The translations under genes and the position numbers were made by a program. Of a stretch of DNA of 64,000 nucleotides, positions 10,455 through 20,887 are shown in pieces. Origin of the DNA: a virus (Duplodnaviria; Caudoviricetes); IMG/VR virus record IMGVR_UViG_3300036713_000599. The stretch is one strand, 5' to 3'. Each line of letters opens with the position of its first letter. The stretch's first letter is position 1. The notes under the pieces are model-generated. The model did no database searches. It was given only the letters and a program-made list of their open reading frames with translations, and was not told the DNA's origin.

Positions 10455-11452
10455 CACAGTACCAAAACGATTACACGAAGCAGTGGCACACGGTTGAGCC
10501 AGGTGGTGTAATCTACGACGTTCGGACGAGCGTCCAGAGTACGGAATCATTCGCTCGGTCCAAGGCAACGTTATTTGCCCTTAAGGACCGCCTCATCGCA
10601 TCGGGTGGGGTTGGAGCCTGGACGGTTCTGGCTAGCTCGGGGAAGGCAGGAGGGGGCTCTCTCGTGGCGAGCACGGGAGATAACTGGTCCTCGGTGGACG
10701 ACTTGGTCAGAGCCTCCAATGACACCACAAATCGTTCTTGGGTTGTTCTTCAGTCCCCACTTAATAGGTATTACATGACCTTGGATTACGTGGGTGCGGA
10801 TGATAATATATTCAATGTATGGTTTTCAAATAGTGTGCCCGATATCTCGTCTCCGGCAACCGACATAAGACCTCCGACCACTGGAAGCGAATGGAGCCAT
10901 TTGAGCCAATATATTTTTGCGGAAAATGCCAACGAAGGCGCATTGAACATGGTTATGTCCCGTGCTTCAGATGGGAGTTTTTTCTGCGGTTTTTGCGGTC
11001 CTGCAAACAACAATTTATACCAGTTTTTTAGGGCAATTTACATGTTTGCTGTCTACCAGCCTAATAAATCTTGGGATACAGTCCAAGCCGTGTCTTTGGT
11101 GCAGACAAATCTCACTTCGAAACTCAGATACACTGACGCCAGTTTTCGATCCCTGCACTCCGATAATCTGCAAGTAACTGTCCAACCAATAAGGTTGTCT
11201 ACAGTAGGTAATGATAAACCTTTGCCAGGTGTGGCCTACACCAATCCGTGGACTGGTGGATTGGTGAGTACACCTATTTGGCTTCTATCCTCAGACACTT
11301 CTAAGAAATGTCTGAGGGGGGTGTTGCAGGACATTTTCTTCGGTACGTCTGGGATGGATGACGGTACGTTGCTCTTCAAGAATGGGTTGGTGAAGGCCAT
11401 CAAGATCGGCCCCTTTACCTGCCCAATGGATCGAGTGTCGGGGATTGTATGA
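10451..11452 (+). CDS. Putative tail/fibre protein; ~330-aa family member
   Basis: ATG overlaps the upstream TGA (ATGA). Motifs LKDRL, WTVLASSG, DNW, SWVVLQSP, SDGSF and RGVLQDIF match the paralogues. Confidence 0.55.
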   Translation: MTQYQNDYTKQWHTVEPGGVIYDVRTSVQSTESFARSKATLFALKDRLIASGGVGAWTVLASSGKAGGGSLVASTGDNWSSVDDLVRASNDTTNRSWVVLQSPLNRYYMTLDYVGADDNIFNVWFSNSVPDISSPATDIRPPTTGSEWSHLSQYIFAENANEGALNMVMSRASDGSFFCGFCGPANNNLYQFFRAIYMFAVYQPNKSWDTVQAVSLVQTNLTSKLRYTDASFRSLHSDNLQVTVQPIRLSTVGNDKPLPGVAYTNPWTGGLVSTPIWLLSSDTSKKCLRGVLQDIFFGTSGMDDGTLLFKNGLVKAIKIGPFTCPMDRVSGIV

Positions 11453-12474
11453 CCACCGAAAAAGCCTGGACAACTATTCCTAGTTACGACATCTACACTG
11501 GCAGTTCCTACTTGAGTTGCGGTCAGAGCGTCATGCTTGACCTGAAGAACCGCATGGTTTCTACTGCGAATTGGACGGTTATTGGAAGCTCTGACGGCGT
11601 CTCGAATTATGAGTTCGAGGGTGTGACGGGAGGCGGGTCCTACGGAGGTGCTAGCACTAGTCCTTACGACGTGTGGGCGAATCGGGCCGACGTGCGAAGG
11701 GCTGTAAATGGTTCCGGCCCCGGATGGTGCCTGCTCAAGCATGAGTTTGAGGACACCACCTCTTATGTCGTTCTGGCAATGGAAGGCATTTCAGACTCTG
11801 GCGGGAACAACGGCTACTATGCTGTGAGTGAAGAAGAATTTGAACTACCGGCAGACCCCCTCCTTAGTTTACCCACGTCTTCGTCTACCGTGGAATTTCA
11901 CAGGACCAGCTTTTTCGTAATGTTTTCCGGCACATACACGACAAGGGGCTATTTCAGTGGGTCCTCCGATGGCAGCTTCTTCTATGCCCTCAATTTAACA
12001 ATCAGACCTGCCTTTACAGGATTTTTCATGTTTTCGAGGATCTCCCCTGAATCTAGAATCCCAGGAACCCCGAACCATGTTATCGGGTTAGGGGTGGACT
12101 CTAGTGGTCCTGTAAGCAGTGAGTCAGAGTCATACTTCCGGATCCCTTTTGGGAGCTACTTTTCACCTGAGTTGCAAAAGCAGGGTACAGCAGCGTTGGT
12201 CTACAGAGGTTCCAGCACAAAGGTCATGGATGTCGACCTGGATCCTACAGATTGTGATGGCGAGGTGGTCTTGTTTCCAATGTATGCGGTAATCAACAGT
12301 GAATCCTCAACCCTAGAATACAAGGGTGGGTTATATGGTAGGCTTCAGGATTTTTGGATAGGTCCGTTTAGCCTAAACGATGGAGACACTTTTCCTTTAG
12401 CGGGCCCACCGGAATACTTCAAGTTTGGGCTTTGGGTTGTCCCAGGTGACTCGGTTCCTATTATTGGACCTTAA
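11449..12474 (+). CDS. Putative tail/fibre protein; ~330-aa family member
   Basis: MTTEKAWTT...LKNRM...WTVIGSSDG...SDGSF...GRLQDFWIG. Confidence 0.55.
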   Translation: MTTEKAWTTIPSYDIYTGSSYLSCGQSVMLDLKNRMVSTANWTVIGSSDGVSNYEFEGVTGGGSYGGASTSPYDVWANRADVRRAVNGSGPGWCLLKHEFEDTTSYVVLAMEGISDSGGNNGYYAVSEEEFELPADPLLSLPTSSSTVEFHRTSFFVMFSGTYTTRGYFSGSSDGSFFYALNLTIRPAFTGFFMFSRISPESRIPGTPNHVIGLGVDSSGPVSSESESYFRIPFGSYFSPELQKQGTAALVYRGSSTKVMDVDLDPTDCDGEVVLFPMYAVINSESSTLEYKGGLYGRLQDFWIGPFSLNDGDTFPLAGPPEYFKFGLWVVPGDSVPIIGP

Positions 12475-12482
12475 GGTAGACC

Positions 12483-13475
12483 ATGGCAATTTTACAAAAG
12501 TCCTGGCATCAGCCCTTCACGAATCAGTTCATCACGAGATCAGGTGATTCGTACGACCGGACGCGATCGTATCTTTGGCACATCAAGGAAGCCCTTATCA
12601 GCCATCCGACTTGTCCTTGGACGATTGTTGCCAGCTCCAACCAGACAATTTCCAGCCTAGGTGACAATTGGACTTCTGTCTCTGATGTCGTCAAAGGGAC
12701 AAACGATACTTGGAACGGTTCTTGGATCCTTTTCAGAACTCCCACTATTTCATTCCCTCGTCTGTGGCTCTATATCGATTGGACGGATACTTTAAATTCT
12801 CAGGCAAACATAAGGGTTACGACGACACAACCAGACGTGTCGTCTCTTTCTCCGGCAAAGGGACTAGTTTTGGATGGCCCCACCTGTGGAGAGAACGGGT
12901 GGATTCAGTCAGCGACCATTTCAGGCACCTATTCGGACGACATGTCTGCTATCGTGGCATCAGACGGCAGCTTTCTGATAACTCAAGGAGAGGGTGTGAA
13001 TTTTGCGGGGGACCCTATGACTATTTCAAGCGACAAATATTGGCTTATGTTTAATCGGTTGCAAGATGTACAATCACAGGACCCTTATGGATTTGTGTTG
13101 GGCAGTTCAGGCAATATTTCAGACTCTCTTGTGAATGAAGGGGCGTTCCCATGGAGAGACTTTCGCACTATTCACCCAAATGGTTCGCAAGTTACTTGTT
13201 CCATAGTTCGACCCCAGATTCCTAGCAGTAGCCAGCAGTATGCTTTCGAGGCCTTGATAGACGATCCTCTAAGGAACTTTAACCCTGTGGCGTACCCTAT
13301 GCGAGTTGTGTCCACAACAAGCGGCAAGGAGAGCTATAAGGGGTTTTTAGAGGACTTCTGGTGGGGTGCGCGACTAGTCAGGAAATTTGGGCAACCTGGA
13401 TTTGACGGGGCGTCTCTGGCTGTAATGCAAAAAGGACTTCTCTGGGTTCCAGCGGTTGAACCCTACAGGTGGTAG
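12483..13475 (+). CDS. Putative tail/fibre protein; ~330-aa family member
   Basis: LQKSW...IKEAL...WTIVASS...DNW...SWILF...SDGSF...KGFLEDFWWG. Confidence 0.55.
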   Translation: MAILQKSWHQPFTNQFITRSGDSYDRTRSYLWHIKEALISHPTCPWTIVASSNQTISSLGDNWTSVSDVVKGTNDTWNGSWILFRTPTISFPRLWLYIDWTDTLNSQANIRVTTTQPDVSSLSPAKGLVLDGPTCGENGWIQSATISGTYSDDMSAIVASDGSFLITQGEGVNFAGDPMTISSDKYWLMFNRLQDVQSQDPYGFVLGSSGNISDSLVNEGAFPWRDFRTIHPNGSQVTCSIVRPQIPSSSQQYAFEALIDDPLRNFNPVAYPMRVVSTTSGKESYKGFLEDFWWGARLVRKFGQPGFDGASLAVMQKGLLWVPAVEPYRW

Positions 13476-13476
13476 G

Positions 13477-13713
13477 ATGGCGAGCTACGACTTCAACAGG
13501 CCGAATTTTTTTCCATCAATCCAACCGTTCACTAAGACTGGTACGGCGGAAGTTACGCCGACACTGAAAAAGTTTTTTCTACAGCGAGCTTGGAACACTG
13601 TCGGGCAGTACTTTGAGACGTGGATCTCAGAAGGGGCCCCGCAAGCGACCCCTCCGAGCGGTGATGTCGTCACAGGGTTGACAACATCTGCGTTCTGGAA
13701 AGAGGTCGTCTAA
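13477..13713 (+). CDS. Small virion-associated protein, paralogue of 3528..3773
   Basis: Start reassigned to the ATG just after the upstream stop. Shares the RAW...TWIS.G.P...PP.G motif. Confidence 0.55.
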   Translation: MASYDFNRPNFFPSIQPFTKTGTAEVTPTLKKFFLQRAWNTVGQYFETWISEGAPQATPPSGDVVTGLTTSAFWKEVV

Positions 13714-14954
13714 TGCCAGGATGGGGCACATACCCTTGGTCAACTAGCCCTTGGGCGGGGACTGTTGGTGGAGCGTTTGAGGCGTTTGAATCTGTTCCCG
13801 TATCAGAATCTCTGACAATTAGTCTTCCACTTCGGTTGTTGGCGGCTACGGCTCTCTCCCCTTACTTGATGGAGCTAGAGTTCAGCCATGACCTAGATTA
13901 CGGGTTTGCCCCCCTCCTGAGTATCCTCAACTACAACATCGTTCCGACCCTGGTGATCGATTCTGTAGTGGCTGGACCGACATCTAGGACGGTTCGGCTC
14001 ACTACGGAGGAGCAGAACCCCACTGTATACACAGTTACTGTTGATCAGGCGGAGTCCGTCCCAGGCGATACACTCGATCCTGCTGCAAAAACGGCTGTCA
14101 TTGCAGGTTTCGGCTCAGCTCCTATCTTCTTTGCTGCGGCCCAAAGTAGGACCAAGATCCAGCTCGTGTTCTCAGAAGAGATGGAGCAAAACTTTTATCT
14201 CACAGATACAAGCAGTTATCTGGTGACTGACTTGAACATGAACACGGTTGCTGTGGCTTCCGCGACTGTGTTCGGCCCTACCCCCGCCCAGAGGGTCACC
14301 TTAGGATTAGGTGCCCCTCTAGATCCAGGCGGCTACTATGTGGTGTGGGTGACCAATCCGAATGTCAAAACTGCGAGCGGGCTGAGCCTGAATCCGAACT
14401 ATGACATGCTCCAGTGGGGTGAGATGCAGGCGGCTGTAAGAGTAGCTCCCATCTCTATTGACATCTCAAGATTTTCTGGAGAAGTGTCAGGCGGCCTTCT
14501 GGGACAACCCTTGGGGCAAGTGTTTTTCTCCCCTGCCCTTGATGCAGCGATTGCTGCATCAACTATTCAAATTGATTCAGTATCATGCTGCACGAGAGCC
14601 TACGATGTCTATACCGTGCCCTCGATCCCTGATCCTAACCCATTGACAATCTGGGCCCCTAATCAGTCCAGCATTTCAGTCATCGGAGGCTCTGGTGACG
14701 TTCTATGGGCCACGGCGGAGCGGCTCGGGCAAGCCAGGGCTGATTTGTCGGACTTCCGGGAAGAGACTGTCGCAGCTCCTACAGACGGGCCAGCAGACGC
14801 AACCCTCCAGGAGACGTTTGATCAGAGTCGAGTTTCTCTTCTTAATGTAGATACTTGGGTCTTATATGATGGCGTAGGCACGTCATTTTCTACAGCTGAC
14901 AACCTAACTTCAATTCCAGCAGGCTCAACGACCAACATTAACCTCCAGCCTTGA
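13713..14954 (+). CDS. Virion protein with tandem Ig-like domains
   Basis: Two similar beta-rich units (MELEFSHDL...RTVRLT...YTVTV; IQLVFSEEM...RVTLGL...YYVVWV) resemble bacterial Ig-like folds. Confidence 0.45.
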   Translation: MPGWGTYPWSTSPWAGTVGGAFEAFESVPVSESLTISLPLRLLAATALSPYLMELEFSHDLDYGFAPLLSILNYNIVPTLVIDSVVAGPTSRTVRLTTEEQNPTVYTVTVDQAESVPGDTLDPAAKTAVIAGFGSAPIFFAAAQSRTKIQLVFSEEMEQNFYLTDTSSYLVTDLNMNTVAVASATVFGPTPAQRVTLGLGAPLDPGGYYVVWVTNPNVKTASGLSLNPNYDMLQWGEMQAAVRVAPISIDISRFSGEVSGGLLGQPLGQVFFSPALDAAIAASTIQIDSVSCCTRAYDVYTVPSIPDPNPLTIWAPNQSSISVIGGSGDVLWATAERLGQARADLSDFREETVAAPTDGPADATLQETFDQSRVSLLNVDTWVLYDGVGTSFSTADNLTSIPAGSTTNINLQP

Positions 14955-14992
14955 TCTTCTTATGTTCGGTCGTTCGTTGAAGCTCAGAGGAG

Positions 14993-15640
14993 ATGAACAT
15001 GAGAATTCTTGAAGCTTTTCGGGTAGCCGGAAGCTCCTTTAAATCGGCATTGAGCAACCAATACGAAGAGAACGCTCGGATCAAGGTCCGAGGTGACGTT
15101 TTTTTTGAAATGAGGGATGGGAAGACGGGGGAGCTTCAATTCAAACAAGCGAAGCGAAATCTGGTCGTAAAAGATGCTTCGATTTTAATCGCACGCCTCA
15201 TCAAAGATAATGCTGAGCCCTCTAAGGGTTCTTATGTTTTGGCAGTTGGTACGGGGGATACTGGATGGGATCTCCAGAATCCACCTGCCCCTACCGACAC
15301 ACAGCGAGCCCTTTACTCTGAGATCACTCGCAAAACATTCTCTTCCACCCAGTTTATCAACTCGGGTGGTTCACCCGTCAGTTACCCTACCAACATTGTC
15401 GACTTTACTACCATTTTCACCGAGTCAGAGGCGGTAGGGCCGATCGTTGAAATGGGGTTGATTGGCGGGAACATTGATTCCAACCTCGCAGTAAAGAATC
15501 CGGTGTCACCTCCCAACGGTACTTACGATGACACGGTAGATCTCACGGCTTACGAAACACTTCTCAATTACCTCACTTTCGCAGTCGTCAACAAACCGGC
15601 GACATCCACGCTCCAACTAACGTGGCGGCTTACATTTTGA
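14993..15640 (+). CDS. Baseplate/tail-fibre attachment-type protein, 215 aa
   Basis: Pattern RNLVV...LAVGTG...P.P.DTQ.AL..EI.RK...F...EAVG...EMGL.GG...NY.TF..VNK...LTW.LTF is typical of tail-collar/baseplate proteins of contractile-tail phages. Confidence 0.6.
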   Translation: MNMRILEAFRVAGSSFKSALSNQYEENARIKVRGDVFFEMRDGKTGELQFKQAKRNLVVKDASILIARLIKDNAEPSKGSYVLAVGTGDTGWDLQNPPAPTDTQRALYSEITRKTFSSTQFINSGGSPVSYPTNIVDFTTIFTESEAVGPIVEMGLIGGNIDSNLAVKNPVSPPNGTYDDTVDLTAYETLLNYLTFAVVNKPATSTLQLTWRLTF

Positions 15641-15879
15641 TGGGAACGATGGAACTTAGACGTCCAATATGTGATGAGCCCCAGCCTTTCCGTCGAATGC
15701 ACGGATGTGTGTACGAAAAATGTCGACATAGAATCGAATATGTCCAGAAAACTGCTGTTTCGAGGAATGGTGTAGTACTAGACAGATCTTTGGCTGCAAA
15801 AGTCGGGCTAAACTTTAGCCAGATCGGGCAGCTAAGGACCGCTAGAAGCATTCCTGTGTTAGGAAAGGTTGCCTCCTGA
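15640..15879 (+). CDS. Hypothetical protein, 79 aa
   Basis: TGATG-coupled at both ends between structural genes. No recognised motif. Confidence 0.4.
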   Translation: MGTMELRRPICDEPQPFRRMHGCVYEKCRHRIEYVQKTAVSRNGVVLDRSLAAKVGLNFSQIGQLRTARSIPVLGKVAS

Positions 15880-18443
15880 TGGTCACCAAGAATTATGGGA
15901 CAGGTGTCAGTGGTTACTTGGACCCTGAGGGCCGGAGTTGGGAGACAGGCGTCTACTCGGCATCCAAGCCTGTCTTAGACAAGGAACTGAACCTTACCCA
16001 GGACGTTGTTCAGAATGAAATCCGGCGTCTTGGTAAGCGTTCATTCCCCTCAGGTTGGTTGACCTCTGAATATCTGGACACGTCAGACATGACGTCGGGT
16101 ATCTTCACAGCGTCAGCCACTGCAAACGAGCTGGAGATACCTCAAGACTTGTATGCGGCCATCAATGGTTGGCTCGTTCGTGTAGGGTATACGAACGCTG
16201 CGGGAGGTTCCAAGAATGTCTTAGATCTAGGAGCCGGCCCCTCTGGTGCAGGAGCCAAGAGAACTGATATTGTGGTCCTTGAGGTATGGCGTAAGCTTCT
16301 GTCTGCTTCCCCTGACACAGACGGGAAGAGCCCTGCCGGCCGAATTTGGTGGTTTGGGAACACCAAGATTGACCCGGCTGACGACCTGACACTGAACTTT
16401 GCGGATGACATCCTCGACTCTTCCCTTGGTTCCGAGTCGACGAAGCGAGTACAGATCCAATACCGTCTCAGGGTCATCCAAGGGGTGGATCTGTTCGCTT
16501 ATCCTCATGGCATAGACGACCCTACCGTGGTTGCCCATTCTGTACCTGTTTCGGCCGCGGCCCCTGATGGTGTGGCGACAACCTGGACATACGCAAACCA
16601 GTCAGCGGTGGGGGACCCAGGGCTATGGAGAGCGGGGGACGGTGTCCCCACAAACACGCTTGATACAGTAGACGGCTACATGTACGCTATCCCCTTGATG
16701 GCTGTGATTCGCCGCAACGATGCAGCATTTGATCGAAATTCCAACCATAATGGCGGTGTTGCTTCTCCCGGCCCCTCAGACCGTCCTGACGGGCTTTTCA
16801 ACGATATCCTCGACTCAAGAGACATTATCGATCTCCGGCTTGGTGTCGCCCCAGAAGGCTGGAACTATAGAGAGGTTACCGAGAAGAATATTCAGTTTCT
16901 CCTCGATAACAAAATTCGGACGGAAATTGTGCGAACGGCCATTGGTGGTGGTATGGACGGAAACACCGTCATGTGGGCCGATGAGGTGGGTGTGCTTCCC
17001 GGGGATGGCACGACCACAGGTGATACTCCTGGGGCTGAATTCATCGGCCAGTTCGACGCAGTTCGGAGAAGGTTTTCGGATCGAGTCATACATGAGACGG
17101 TCGTCCTCGCTTACACTCCGGCGGGGGCGACGTGGGTGAATAACGAGGTGATCACTATTGACCCGACTGCTCTACCCGTGTACCCTTACGCGGCCTTCAA
17201 CTGGGCAAGCAGGGCCCCGTCAGACATCTCCATTGTGGATATCTATGACGGTAAGTTCACTGGCGCGGTCGGCCAAGCGAGTCTCGGGAATTATGTTGCG
17301 ACGGGACTGAGTGCGGTACCACAGGGAAGTATCGCTTTGGATATCGGAACGGTCCCGGGCGGTGTAACGAATGAGACGTTGTACCTGTATGTAGAGATCG
17401 CATATCCTGTCGGTCAAGGGATCACCAAAACCCCGACGGCTGATTATGGAACTTCTTCATTCTCGATCAATAATCCTGGCTCTCTCCCCGCTGACTACGA
17501 CTCAGATGAATACGCCAACGTGTATTGGGCGAACCGAGAAGTGGAGTTGGCCTATCGGACGACCCAGGTAACGTTCACATTTACATCGGATGGTGCTCAA
17601 GACACTATCAGCATGCCAGAACGGGTAGCTTCTCTGGATAATGTTCGGATCAACGGCACGCCTTATGGCGGTGCGGTGTCCATTGATCCGACAGGCTACA
17701 TTATTACAGATGGTGCTTCTTCCGCATTTGGCTCTTCTCCTGGTGACACAGTGCTCGTGGAGTATCGTGCGGTACGACCCTATCCCCAGAACGGCGAGCA
17801 GGTGACTGTCTACTACGAGACCAGGGCCCCACAGACGGTTCGAGACGCGTCTCTCGGTGCTTCTCTCACAGTCATCCCGCGTTACATCGCTCCGTATGTC
17901 TACGTCTTGACTGCGGGCAGTGGTGCTCAGACTGAGGCGTATCCTTTCCCGTATCAGTATGTGCAAGCAGGAGGCGTATATCCTGGCTCGGGCGGCACCT
18001 TTTCAGGCGACCATGAGTTAGAAGGCTCCTCAACAATCTATACCGCTAACTTCTCGTCAGATACGGGTTTCGTGAAACTCGACACGAAGATTCCAATGGT
18101 GCCCTCACCGGAGAAACTCACTTTTAATCGAGTGGGCGGTGACGTGGACATTGAGGGGCGAAGCTACTACAAGTCCGTACCTGGTGGTGAATACGCACCC
18201 AACTCATTTGCTCAACCTTTGAGTGACCCGAAGAAACATAAGGTCCTTCAACCGATCATTGCTGAGCTTTCGGCGGACGAGACGTACGGGCCGAAAGGGG
18301 AGCTTGTTCTTGTTCTGATCAGTCGATGGGCATCCTTTGACGACGAGAACAGCGTAAAGTTCCTGTCCACCCTGGTAGATAATACTACGACTGCGAGTAT
18401 TTACCGGATTAAGGGCAATCTGTTGAACAATAGGAGAGATTGA
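15879..18443 (+). CDS. Large baseplate/tail structural protein, 854 aa (paralogue of 21589..25896)
   Basis: Shares NYGTGVS, R.D.V.LEVW, E.T.RVQ.QYR.RV, GDPGLWRAGDG, TVDGY.YA.P..AV.RRN and DI.DLR with the 1435-aa protein. Confidence 0.6.
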   Translation: MVTKNYGTGVSGYLDPEGRSWETGVYSASKPVLDKELNLTQDVVQNEIRRLGKRSFPSGWLTSEYLDTSDMTSGIFTASATANELEIPQDLYAAINGWLVRVGYTNAAGGSKNVLDLGAGPSGAGAKRTDIVVLEVWRKLLSASPDTDGKSPAGRIWWFGNTKIDPADDLTLNFADDILDSSLGSESTKRVQIQYRLRVIQGVDLFAYPHGIDDPTVVAHSVPVSAAAPDGVATTWTYANQSAVGDPGLWRAGDGVPTNTLDTVDGYMYAIPLMAVIRRNDAAFDRNSNHNGGVASPGPSDRPDGLFNDILDSRDIIDLRLGVAPEGWNYREVTEKNIQFLLDNKIRTEIVRTAIGGGMDGNTVMWADEVGVLPGDGTTTGDTPGAEFIGQFDAVRRRFSDRVIHETVVLAYTPAGATWVNNEVITIDPTALPVYPYAAFNWASRAPSDISIVDIYDGKFTGAVGQASLGNYVATGLSAVPQGSIALDIGTVPGGVTNETLYLYVEIAYPVGQGITKTPTADYGTSSFSINNPGSLPADYDSDEYANVYWANREVELAYRTTQVTFTFTSDGAQDTISMPERVASLDNVRINGTPYGGAVSIDPTGYIITDGASSAFGSSPGDTVLVEYRAVRPYPQNGEQVTVYYETRAPQTVRDASLGASLTVIPRYIAPYVYVLTAGSGAQTEAYPFPYQYVQAGGVYPGSGGTFSGDHELEGSSTIYTANFSSDTGFVKLDTKIPMVPSPEKLTFNRVGGDVDIEGRSYYKSVPGGEYAPNSFAQPLSDPKKHKVLQPIIAELSADETYGPKGELVLVLISRWASFDDENSVKFLSTLVDNTTTASIYRIKGNLLNNRRD

Positions 18444-20503
18444 TGCCGTCGTCAAAGTCCCTAGCTGAGGTAAATGCAGGAGCTGGAAAGCTTCACGCGA
18501 ACACTGCGACTGCGGCGTCTGATTTCCAGATGAGCGGTGGAGCGGAATCTTTACTCGCTGCTTCTACTGCGGCTTTGAATCAAGAGATTGCCGCTCCTAC
18601 AGACATAAACGTCAACCTTACTCTGAACGACACCTCTGTCGTTTTAGATGCGAGCCTTTATGGTCCTTTCTGGTTGGGGTATAGTGGAGAAACTGTCGGA
18701 GACGTGTTCGATATCGTCAATACCTCGGATGATTCTCGAATCACGGATACGGTTGGCAACCCTATTTACATCACAGGTATTACAGGTGCCTCGATTGGCT
18801 CAGGTACCTTCACTTCGAATGTTATCACGTTCAATTTGAGTGGAGGTATCCCTCTCACGGGGTCGTACAAGTTTAAATTCTCGAAAAGAGCCACTTTAAA
18901 TAATTTTCTGACTGGAGCCATGGCAACGGGTCGGAGATTTGTCCCCGAACCCCCTATTATCGAATCCCGATTCCAGGCTATTTTGAGCGATGTGTCGGTT
19001 TCGTGGGACAGTACGCCAATTATCTCACTACGTGAGTCGGCTTTATCTGGTCTTGAAGAGAGATACAATCGAGCCGGTTCAGTGACTGGCTCGCCAGTCC
19101 TTAATGGTCCTGGTGACGGTGGTCTCATTCGGAGGACGGGGCAGGCAGTTACGGTACAAGGTACGGCAAGCACCTATTCGTACAGTAATCCTCAACCTGA
19201 CGCTTACTGGGCCCAATTCATGGTAACAGCCGGTCCGGCTGCTGTTGGCACAAGCTCCCTTGCGAATCGAGACGGAGGTACAGGTTTCGTCGGGGTTCTT
19301 CAGCAGAGGACTACGACGTCAACTTCTCAAATTACAGCCGCGCAGTCGTTGACTCTTGCGAGTCGGATTGACGTCATTCAAAGAAATGTCACAGCCGCGA
19401 CTATTGGTTCTGGCGACGTCAAAACCAAGGTTAGTCCGTCAAATTCAACGGACACTGCTCTTAACCCTGATGGAGGAGCGACGGCTGATGATCTGCGGAC
19501 CGTTCGCCTCGGCACCGGCGACTATTTCTGGGAAGTTGCTTCAGGAGATGATCTGTCTGAGGTTGCGGTTGGCTATGACATGGTTGAAGTAACATTGCCA
19601 GGTGGTGAGACACAGGCATATGTTATCACTGAGTTATTTGGCGGCCCTCACTCATCGAGTCCTGTTCCTGGAGAAGACACACGAAGGGCGCTTGTTCGAA
19701 CCCTTGCAGGCGACAGCCCTACTTTCCCTTCAGGGATTGCCACCACAGGTGTGACTTTTCGTTTTGTAAAAACGAAGCAATTCGCAGGTGTCGGTACACA
19801 AGCGCTGAGAAGCAAGATCGGTAGTCATGCCGATCCCATCCTCTTAGGTGGTTTTTATCACGCGATTGTGCCACCTCTCACGAACAATCCTGGTGTCTCA
19901 GGCTCGGACGAGTCTCACCCAGGTAATGTCCAATTTTTTGCTTTAGGGCAATCTCCAGATAGAGACTTCTTCAACATCACTAACGGTTTCGCTGCCCTTC
20001 AATGGGGGGGCCATGACGCTGCGCAGCATGTACAAAAGATCGCAGGCAGTCTTCGAGGTGACGGTACGGTAGAATGTTCGATGGTTAGTCGGACCGGTAA
20101 GGTCGAAACAGTTACTGCGACTGGGACGGTCTCATGGAATCCGGCTCTCGAAGGTTCGATTTTGAACATTATCTTGAACCACGCCTCGGGTAATATTGCT
20201 GTGGCAATAGATCTTGTCTCGGATTACATCAACAATACCTTACGTCCAGGCGACGAACTGACTGTCGTCATACATAATTCTCCGAATGCTCCGGATGCGG
20301 GCGGAGGTGGTGGGACTGCCACAGCAACGTTCACCTGGTCCCCTGAATTTATTTTCAGTGGTGTAGATGCCAACCCAAACCCCAACAATGACCTTGGTGG
20401 AGCAATCACTGTGCATAAGTATCACGGTACCATGGTCGTGATGAGCGACTCTTCTACCAAGTGTTTGATGACGCTCACGACCTACCTTGGAGCGGGAGCC
20501 TGA
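18443..20503 (+). CDS. Virion structural protein, ~686 aa
   Basis: Coupled to the upstream gene; S/T/G-rich and beta-type; within the structural operon. Confidence 0.5.
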   Translation: MPSSKSLAEVNAGAGKLHANTATAASDFQMSGGAESLLAASTAALNQEIAAPTDINVNLTLNDTSVVLDASLYGPFWLGYSGETVGDVFDIVNTSDDSRITDTVGNPIYITGITGASIGSGTFTSNVITFNLSGGIPLTGSYKFKFSKRATLNNFLTGAMATGRRFVPEPPIIESRFQAILSDVSVSWDSTPIISLRESALSGLEERYNRAGSVTGSPVLNGPGDGGLIRRTGQAVTVQGTASTYSYSNPQPDAYWAQFMVTAGPAAVGTSSLANRDGGTGFVGVLQQRTTTSTSQITAAQSLTLASRIDVIQRNVTAATIGSGDVKTKVSPSNSTDTALNPDGGATADDLRTVRLGTGDYFWEVASGDDLSEVAVGYDMVEVTLPGGETQAYVITELFGGPHSSSPVPGEDTRRALVRTLAGDSPTFPSGIATTGVTFRFVKTKQFAGVGTQALRSKIGSHADPILLGGFYHAIVPPLTNNPGVSGSDESHPGNVQFFALGQSPDRDFFNITNGFAALQWGGHDAAQHVQKIAGSLRGDGTVECSMVSRTGKVETVTATGTVSWNPALEGSILNIILNHASGNIAVAIDLVSDYINNTLRPGDELTVVIHNSPNAPDAGGGGGTATATFTWSPEFIFSGVDANPNPNNDLGGAITVHKYHGTMVVMSDSSTKCLMTLTTYLGAGA

Positions 20504-20886
20504 TGAGTATGGAAAAATACGCCGAGCTAAACTTGTACCGGGCACGGGGCATCGTACATACCTTCACAGCCGACGGACCTTTCAATTGGGTTCCCGAACG
20601 AGACGGGTGCCTTCTCAAGTTGGATGCTGGTGCAGGTGGTCCTTGGACCGTTACTCTAAGTGTAACCCTCCCCACTGCTCCGACTCTTCCTACCGGAATG
20701 CGACTGTGGGTTGAATTTTACCAGGGCGGTGCAGGTGGCTCACTGATCACATGGCCTGGCTCTTTTCAGTTCCAGACGGCAGGTGATCAAATTCCAAATG
20801 CTGGAGTCGCCAACACTACCATTTGGACGGGTATTTTCGGGGTTGGTTCGTCCAACTGCTACATGACTAAGTTGGGGGAGTGGTGA
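20503..20886 (+). CDS. Small tail-fibre-like protein
   Basis: TGATG coupling. ...GGSLITWPGSFQF... resembles fibre tip segments. Confidence 0.45.
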   Translation: MSMEKYAELNLYRARGIVHTFTADGPFNWVPERDGCLLKLDAGAGGPWTVTLSVTLPTAPTLPTGMRLWVEFYQGGAGGSLITWPGSFQFQTAGDQIPNAGVANTTIWTGIFGVGSSNCYMTKLGEW

Positions 20887-20887
20887 T

